Assembly (NCBI GenBank): GCA_005223125.1
Contig: NJBH01000008.1
Location: forward strand, 64,001 to 128,000
DNA: 64,000 nucleotides
From: Promethearchaeota archaeon Loki_b32
GTDB taxonomy: Archaea; Asgardarchaeota; Lokiarchaeia; Sigyniarchaeales; SOKP01
Direction of reading: 5' to 3'
This document shows positions 58,147 through 64,000 of the stretch, piece after piece. Position 1 is the stretch's first letter, and each line of letters begins with the position of its first letter. The notes beneath the pieces are model-generated. The model was not told the DNA's origin, did not search any database, and saw only the letters and a program-made list of their open reading frames with translations. A program made the translations under genes and the position numbers.

Positions 58147-59397
58147 CTATGTATACTTCTCAGCAAAGGCGACTAAAGCTCCTTTAAAACATTCCATCGG
58201 AGCGTCAGCCCTACCCCCTCCGATCATGGGGTGGCCACCGTCCTTGTGAGCCATACCAGTATTTATGATAGGTAATATTCCTGTTTCAACGACCTTCCTT
58301 ATGTCAATCCCCACAGGAACACCAATGAAATCAAGGTAAGGGATCTGAAATAGCGAGTCCTCTGTTTGGGTGATTTCATACATCTGTTTAGTGCGCTCAA
58401 TAGCATCTTCGAAATCTCTTCCTATGAATCTTGCGTGACCAGGGGCTGCTGGTGCTGCTAATCCTCCAAAACCTCTCGTTTCTGAGATGGCACTATCTCC
58501 AAGGTCTAATGTAGAGTCTTCTTGTCGATATCCAGGGAAGGTATACCCAATTATCGTCCCCGCAGGCCCAGTAAACCATTCATTCCCAAGTCCGCTGACT
58601 TGAATACCAAAATCCACTCCATTTCTGGACATTGCACTTACTATTGTACTGTACTTGATGTTCTTGGCTGGATCCATCATTGCCTTGCAGGATGCCATCA
58701 TCAGGTTTCCTCCATACCAGCGTCCTTGGTGGGTGTTGAAGTACTCCCCAACTTGAGCAAGAGTATCTTTATCGAAATCTGTCTTCACAATATGTGGTAG
58801 AAGACCACTCACAAAGACACACCTAGTACCATCTAACTTGCCATGAAGCTCATCACCCATCTGTATGCCGGTTGCAAGTATTTCCTTAAGGTTAATCCCA
58901 CCCGCCTCCTTGATAGTTGCTTTCAATACTGGTGCAAGTGTATTTCGTACAAAATCAAGCTCGTCGATTGTCTCATACTTATTACCGAAAGCTGTCAAAC
59001 TTGTTTGTTGAAGGCAATAAGAAGTGTTACCATGCACCGGATTCTTAACTACAAGAACTGGAAGGGATGCCGATGTAGCTCCGCACATTCCGCTAACTGC
59101 ATCGTAGTTGTGGTTGGGTTCGATTGTAACTTCTCCAGTTTCAGCTAGTCTTGCAGCTTTTTCAGGTGTGTCAGCTAATCCTTCATACATTATCAGATTT
59201 GTAATTGCATATTTCTGTGTATGACACATCCTTTCCCACTCAATTGGTGGTCCTGCATGTGTAAATAAATCACTCTTAAAACCTGGGATAATTTTACCCG
59301 CAGATTCAATATCAACGAGGTTACATTCAGCGGATAGTATCCTCTTGACTGCCTCTTCATTCGCTTCTTCAATTTTGGAACTTATCGAATTTGTCAT
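58147..59397 (-). CDS. DUF1116 / YlbE(AllG)-like protein
   Basis: HAGPPI.W, MGDELH, RNG..FGI, D.GDSAI.E and P.INTG.AH. Confidence 0.92.
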   Translation of the reverse strand: MTNSISSKIEEANEEAVKRILSAECNLVDIESAGKIIPGFKSDLFTHAGPPIEWERMCHTQKYAITNLIMYEGLADTPEKAARLAETGEVTIEPNHNYDAVSGMCGATSASLPVLVVKNPVHGNTSYCLQQTSLTAFGNKYETIDELDFVRNTLAPVLKATIKEAGGINLKEILATGIQMGDELHGKLDGTRCVFVSGLLPHIVKTDFDKDTLAQVGEYFNTHQGRWYGGNLMMASCKAMMDPAKNIKYSTIVSAMSRNGVDFGIQVSGLGNEWFTGPAGTIIGYTFPGYRQEDSTLDLGDSAISETRGFGGLAAPAAPGHARFIGRDFEDAIERTKQMYEITQTEDSLFQIPYLDFIGVPVGIDIRKVVETGILPIINTGMAHKDGGHPMIGGGRADAPMECFKGALVAFAEKYT

Positions 59398-59478
59398 TTC
59401 AAATCATTACTCTTATAATTGTGATTTTATCAATCAACTATTTTATAATATTTATATTTTTTTAGTCGATTCCAAGGT

Positions 59479-59590
59479 TAATAGAAATGATCGATGATTA
59501 ATAAATATCATGATTAATAAATGATCGTTGACTAATAGATATGATCAATGATTAATAAATGATCAATAGAAAAGATTAATAGAAATAATA
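59479..59590. repeat. Degenerate tandem repeat in a divergent promoter region
   Basis: About 5 units of TAATA(G)A(A/T)ATGATC(G/A)(A/T)TGA(T/C). Confidence 0.75.
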
Positions 59591-59603
59591 GGATAGATAA
59601 AAA

Positions 59604-60845
59604 ATGAAATTAAAAATAAATATGAAGTGGAGATTCCCCATAATCGTCATGACGGTAATACTTGTGCTTTCAATGGTGGTCCCAAATACAACAGTGATCA
59701 CAAATGACGAAGTACAAACTGAGACACCTTTCACTCCGAGGCCCAGTATAGGACCACCATATAAGGCTGCTCTCATGGTAGGTGGAGATGAAACCGACCT
59801 GGGATTCTCTTGGGTGGCAATACAAGGTATGTACGCACTGGAGTCCATTTATGGTTGGAATATAAGCATATCACGCCAAGTAGCATTTAACGATCAGTAT
59901 GGTGTAGCTAGTTTTTACGGTGCTGAAGGATATGATGTGGTTTTCATGGTGGGAGGTCAATTCATATCAACTTCCTACTTCTCGGGGGTTGCTGAACTAT
60001 ACAATGAAACCTTATTTGTTCAGATACCCGGTCTTAACCCATACGCACCTGTACCAGATAATGTTGTGGGTCTTCATCCCGCTTTCCAGACAGAAGGTCA
60101 CTACCTAGCTGGAGTACTTGCAGGGTTGATGACAGAAACCAATAATCTGGGAGTAGTTTTTGGAGAATGGTATGAATACCTGTCAATGGAATTCTATGCT
60201 TTTAAAGCTGGCGTTGAGAGTATTAACGATGTCGCTTGCGTGTTTGCTAGAGTTGCTTATGATTGGGGTGATGCTGCGCTTGGTAAACAGATCACGGAAG
60301 CGCTAATAGAACAAAAAAATGTTGATATTGTTGTCCAGGTAGCTGATACAACCGGAAGAGGAGTTATCGCTGCTTGCATAGAGACTGATATTGCAGTAAT
60401 CGGAACGGTTGCTGATCAATATAGCTTAGCACCTTTAAACACAATGACTAGTATTGGGATGGATACACAACGCTTGATGGAGATAGTCGTGCAGAGAATC
60501 GAGAATGGAACAGCCATGTCAGTTCTGGGTAATACATCTTGGGAATTAAATATTGGTAACTACCTATATCCTTACCATCATTATAATGATACAATCCCTC
60601 AGTCAGTGAAAGATCAAGTTGATGAAGCCAAAGCCGGTATTGCTAATGGTACAATCATAGTCCCCCAAATATGGGTAGAGGGATCAGACCCCCCAGTAGA
60701 TCCTACAGACTGCCCCACAGCTGGCGACGATGTGATACCTGGATTCCCCCCTTTTTACTTAGCGTTAGCGTTTGCAACAACGCTTGGTGTGATGCTGCTA
60801 TTGGTAAACAAATCACGGAGAATCGTTAATAAACGCAAATCTTAA
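59604..60845 (+). CDS. BMP-family ABC substrate-binding protein with an IPGF-TM-basic C-terminal anchor
   Basis: D.GF, YLAG.LAG.MT, F.AG, W.D...G and GV..A motifs; C-terminal IPGF followed by TM and basic tail. Confidence 0.9.
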   Translation: MKLKINMKWRFPIIVMTVILVLSMVVPNTTVITNDEVQTETPFTPRPSIGPPYKAALMVGGDETDLGFSWVAIQGMYALESIYGWNISISRQVAFNDQYGVASFYGAEGYDVVFMVGGQFISTSYFSGVAELYNETLFVQIPGLNPYAPVPDNVVGLHPAFQTEGHYLAGVLAGLMTETNNLGVVFGEWYEYLSMEFYAFKAGVESINDVACVFARVAYDWGDAALGKQITEALIEQKNVDIVVQVADTTGRGVIAACIETDIAVIGTVADQYSLAPLNTMTSIGMDTQRLMEIVVQRIENGTAMSVLGNTSWELNIGNYLYPYHHYNDTIPQSVKDQVDEAKAGIANGTIIVPQIWVEGSDPPVDPTDCPTAGDDVIPGFPPFYLALAFATTLGVMLLLVNKSRRIVNKRKS

Positions 60846-60902
60846 TTCCGCTCCTACGGAGCTGAATGCCTAATTTGACTGATTAAATCGGTTTTTTTTT
60901 TT
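60837..60902 (+). terminator. Double hairpin plus T-run after the BMP gene; inverted copy at ~50240-50301
   Basis: GCTCC-TAC-GGAGC, then GACTGAT-TAA-ATCGGTT, then poly-T. Confidence 0.6.
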
Positions 60903-61038
60903 ACTTTTTTGTTAACTCGCTATTTGATTTCTAGTTATCCTTGAGCAATGAACTCATTCAATTGCTATCTCAAAGTTAAATACTAATTGCTCCGTAATCG
61001 TTTCTTAAGACTTGGACTAAGACTAGTATATATCGTGA

Positions 61039-61365
61039 TTGCCCAACGTCTCTACTATGGGAGTTAAATCACCATTTAATCTTGTAGGAAAAACTACATT
61101 GCAAATATGTATAAAAGATTTGATGAATGTAAACTCAAGGAAAATTGCTATCATTCGATCAATTATTGGCACAAATGGGGCAGGAAAAACTACCCAACTT
61201 GATACATAAGTTAAAAAATTAACTCAAAAAATCTTAACTGAAAAATGTGTGTATCTGTTTTTTGATTTCAAATATATTTCCAATTCAGAAGAAGAATTTT
61301 GACCAATTTTCTTTCAAAGTTTTTATGAAAAAATCCATAAAAAAAATCTTTTGTATAATTTATGA
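61039..61365 (+). pseudogene. Degraded P-loop ATPase remnant
   Basis: IRSIIGTNGAGKTTQ followed by in-frame TAA and TGA stops with a protein-like continuation (CVYLFFDFK). Confidence 0.6.
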
Positions 61366-61521
61366 TCTTTAATTCCAAGGAAAAAATTACTTGATTAATG
61401 CATAGTCATAGTCATCATAAAAAAACATAAAAAAATCATTTGAGTAAATATTTACCTTTTGTCCTAATAAAATCAAAAAGAATAAAAGTGTCAATTATTT
61501 TATTATATAAGAAATATCACA

Positions 61522-62652
61522 TTGATAAAAAATTGGTTTCATAAGAGTGATGCAATGCGCTTAATAGAACAGAAAAGAAAAGACAGTATATACCTTTATT
61601 TTTTAGCTAAAGGGCAAAGAAAATATTTAGGAAAACCTGATAAGATAAATCAAGAAAAAGCAAAAGAAGCATTAATTCTTCTTGATACTCAAATTACGGA
61701 GTATAAATCTTTTCGAAACAAAATTGAAAAATATCTCTATGGAAAACACGAAATTGAAATCAAAGATTCTGAATATAAAATGATCTTTTTTGACATGGAT
61801 GGAGTTTTGTTTGAGAAACCATGGCAAGAAAGTAAAAGTAGAAAGGTTGCTATTAGTTCATGGGATCTCCTTTTCAAAAAATTAGGACAATACGATATAT
61901 ATGAGGCGCTTAAGAAAAATTTTGAAAATGGTCTTTATGGTGACGATGTTGACAGCTATGTAAAATGGAAAGAAGCTACTTGTAAAACCTTGAAAATCAT
62001 ACCGTTGAAGGAGAAAACTTTCCAAGAAGTGATTGACAGTCGAATTTTATCTCGAGGTGCTAAAGAATTATTTCAAATATTGAAAAAAAGTAAGATTAAA
62101 ACAGCTATAATTACAGGTAGTTTCTATAGGCTTGCACAAAGAGCACAAAAAGAATTAGATGAAGTCAATCATGTCAGGGCTCATTGTCGATTGTTTTTTG
62201 ATGACAACGGTTTATTAAAAAGATGGGAGCTAAATAAAACTGATTATAACCATAAGATAGAAATTATGGAAGAACTTGCTTTGAAAGAGGGAATTATTGA
62301 TAAAAATGGGCATCCTGATCTTAATCAATGTGTATATGTTGGAGATGATGTTAACGATCTAGAAGCTTTTGGAGCAGCTGGGCTGGCAATTGCGTTTAAT
62401 TCACAAAAAAGTATCGTTAAGAAAGCCGCTGATATAATAATAGTAGGTGGAGACTTAACTGAGATTCTTTCTCCTCTTTTCGATTTTGAAATGGATAAGG
62501 AAAAAATATCATTTTATGTATCAAAAGATGTAAAAGATGAATGGCTAAATTTTGCTAAGACCAAAGATTACTCTACGTTACCTGATTTTATTATGAAAAT
62601 TATTGAATTCTACATTAAAGAAGAAAGAGCTTCCTTAAAGAATATAGAATAA
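61522..62652 (+). CDS. HAD phosphatase (SerB-like) with N-terminal extension and C-terminal ribbon-helix-helix-like segment; likely start ATG 61555
   Basis: FDMDGVL, ITGS, K and VGDDVNDL; C-terminal 'KISFYVSKDVKDEW..FA......L.DFI...I'. Confidence 0.82.
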   Translation: MIKNWFHKSDAMRLIEQKRKDSIYLYFLAKGQRKYLGKPDKINQEKAKEALILLDTQITEYKSFRNKIEKYLYGKHEIEIKDSEYKMIFFDMDGVLFEKPWQESKSRKVAISSWDLLFKKLGQYDIYEALKKNFENGLYGDDVDSYVKWKEATCKTLKIIPLKEKTFQEVIDSRILSRGAKELFQILKKSKIKTAIITGSFYRLAQRAQKELDEVNHVRAHCRLFFDDNGLLKRWELNKTDYNHKIEIMEELALKEGIIDKNGHPDLNQCVYVGDDVNDLEAFGAAGLAIAFNSQKSIVKKAADIIIVGGDLTEILSPLFDFEMDKEKISFYVSKDVKDEWLNFAKTKDYSTLPDFIMKIIEFYIKEERASLKNIE

Positions 62653-62785
62653 GACCCCTCTCTTTGAGGAGTAGCACGAGAAATTTATTCGTTAAAAATA
62701 ATCTAGTCTTTTTAATCGATCTAGATGAGGGCTTAGAAATTCTCGAATTATCGACTGGAGAACCAACTCGTAATCAAAGTTTTTT

Positions 62786-63292
62786 CTAAATACTCCTTTT
62801 TAAAATTTTCAATATGTCCTCTTCCAAAGTAGAAGAATACTCCGGGTTTTCCACTATAATACCTAAATATTCACCAGCATCATTAAAGAAATAAAAAGAT
62901 GGAATTGCTTTCAAATCAAATTTAGGATCAATCGCTTCTGGAGGTGAACGATTTTTATGCCATATGGTTTCTCCGGGTTTATGTAAAGCATTTACCATTA
63001 TACCATATAGAATTTGTAAACCAACTTCTTCTGTATTAAGAAACTTTACTATTTTTATCATTCTAGGTACATTTCTAGAACAATCAGGACACCAATCGGC
63101 ACCTAGAGCAATTATTTTTAATTTTTCTTTCTTATTCTTTAACAAGTTTTTAATATCATTAAGTGTATCTGATTTTGGTTCATAACTTTCATAGACTCTT
63201 TTTATTTTGTCTCCATAGATTTTCAAGTACTCATCAGGGGTCATAGTTGGAGATACTAAGTCACTCCATTTTAAATCAAATTTTGAGTTCAT
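62786..63292 (-). CDS. Thioredoxin-family protein
   Basis: ADWCPDC and cis-Pro motif AIPSF. Confidence 0.88.
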   Translation of the reverse strand: MNSKFDLKWSDLVSPTMTPDEYLKIYGDKIKRVYESYEPKSDTLNDIKNLLKNKKEKLKIIALGADWCPDCSRNVPRMIKIVKFLNTEEVGLQILYGIMVNALHKPGETIWHKNRSPPEAIDPKFDLKAIPSFYFFNDAGEYLGIIVENPEYSSTLEEDILKILKRSI

Positions 63293-63560
63293 AATTAATA
63301 TTGAAATTGCTTATTTTAAAAAAATTGTTTTAATGAATAATAAACTTTAGCCGATTAAATTTTAATAAAGAAAAATAAATATTAAAAAAAATAAATAAAT
63401 TAAAAATGAATTTTTCTTTATTAATTAAGATTTTTCTAATAATATTATTGAAAGAATTATTCAATAAATTTCATGAGTAGGATCCTATAACAGGATTACC
63501 TAGTGTAAATAAAATAAAATTTTTAAATTTGTGATGAAAGAGATTATTAGAATTTAGTTT

Positions 63561-63998
63561 TTATTTAATTTTAATGAATAATTTATGCATATAATCCTTA
63601 AATCCTTGTTTCTTCCAGAAAGAGGAAGATTCTGGATTATTTGGTACAATACTAAGTTCTACTCTTTCTAATCCTAAATTTTTGAACCATTTGAGAGATT
63701 CTTGCCATAATTTTTTCCCAATACCTTTTTTTCTATGTTTCAAGGCAACAAATATATCATAAATGGCCCCATATTTCTCTAACAAATAAACTGGGGGATA
63801 ATGATCTATTTTAGCAATAGTATATCCAATTATTTTTTCATCCTCTATTGCTACGAATATTGTTGCTTCTTCAGATTTAATTAATTCTGTGACAAAGGAT
63901 TTAAAGTTTATATGACCATCTTCCCTCCTAGTAAAAAAAGAATCTATATTTGAATGATGATCACTAAGTTCTTTCCATAATTTTACAATTTCAGAAAC
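63561..63998 (-). CDS. GNAT acetyltransferase; 5' end lies outside the window
   Basis: Frame open to the window end; DIFV...HRKKGIG and N..S..FWKKQGF. Confidence 0.88.
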   Translation of the reverse strand, partial: VSEIVKLWKELSDHHSNIDSFFTRREDGHINFKSFVTELIKSEEATIFVAIEDEKIIGYTIAKIDHYPPVYLLEKYGAIYDIFVALKHRKKGIGKKLWQESLKWFKNLGLERVELSIVPNNPESSSFWKKQGFKDYMHKLFIKIK

Positions 63999-64000
63999 AA

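Larger units (their letters stand above)
49906..62785. mobile_element. Genomic island of ~13 kb; no integrase visible
   Basis: Bounded by 139-bp direct repeats; visibly higher GC over ~50.5-60.8 kb; gene remnants near the ends. Confidence 0.7.

Noticed and set aside
59479-59590. Mini CRISPR array
   Set aside because: The units are contiguous and degenerate, with no unique spacers and no cas genes.
60846-60875. SECIS element
   Set aside because: There is no in-frame TGA in the upstream gene and no AUGA/GA core geometry.
597-63185. Many short ORFs antisense to or nested in long genes (e.g. 597-956, 2786-3076, 49081-49461, 52751-53143)
   Set aside because: They are shadow ORFs of well-supported genes.

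Overview
An AT-rich archaeal chromosomal segment, very likely from a Lokiarchaeia (Asgard) genome. The evidence for that is several Rab-like small GTPases, a longin-roadblock protein, ribosomal protein eL22, form III Rubisco with R15P isomerase, aIF2-gamma, aIF1A, Spt5 and TFS. Most of the window is housekeeping or metabolic genes. Main hunt result: the apparently intergenic stretch at 32612-32828 holds a complete 5S rRNA written in circularly permuted order (3' half first). It also carries a 30-nt loop-C intron, has two bulge-helix-bulge/loop-like splice junctions and sits inside a long leader/trailer stem, so predicted processing gives a roughly 120-nt, possibly circular, 5S rRNA. Other findings: (1) a circularly permuted Rab-like GTPase (G3-G4-G5-G1-G2); (2) a halocin-C8-like toxin precursor with an array of immunity-like paralogs and recombination scars; (3) a 13-kb higher-GC island flanked by a duplicated thioredoxin 3' end, encoding FdrA/YlbE/DUF2877/carbamate kinase and a nucleoside-type ABC transporter; (4) shared Met/Pro-rich inserts in ABC subunits; (5) probable ATT/ATA start codons. 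All calls are from motif recognition by eye; no database searches or folding programs were run.
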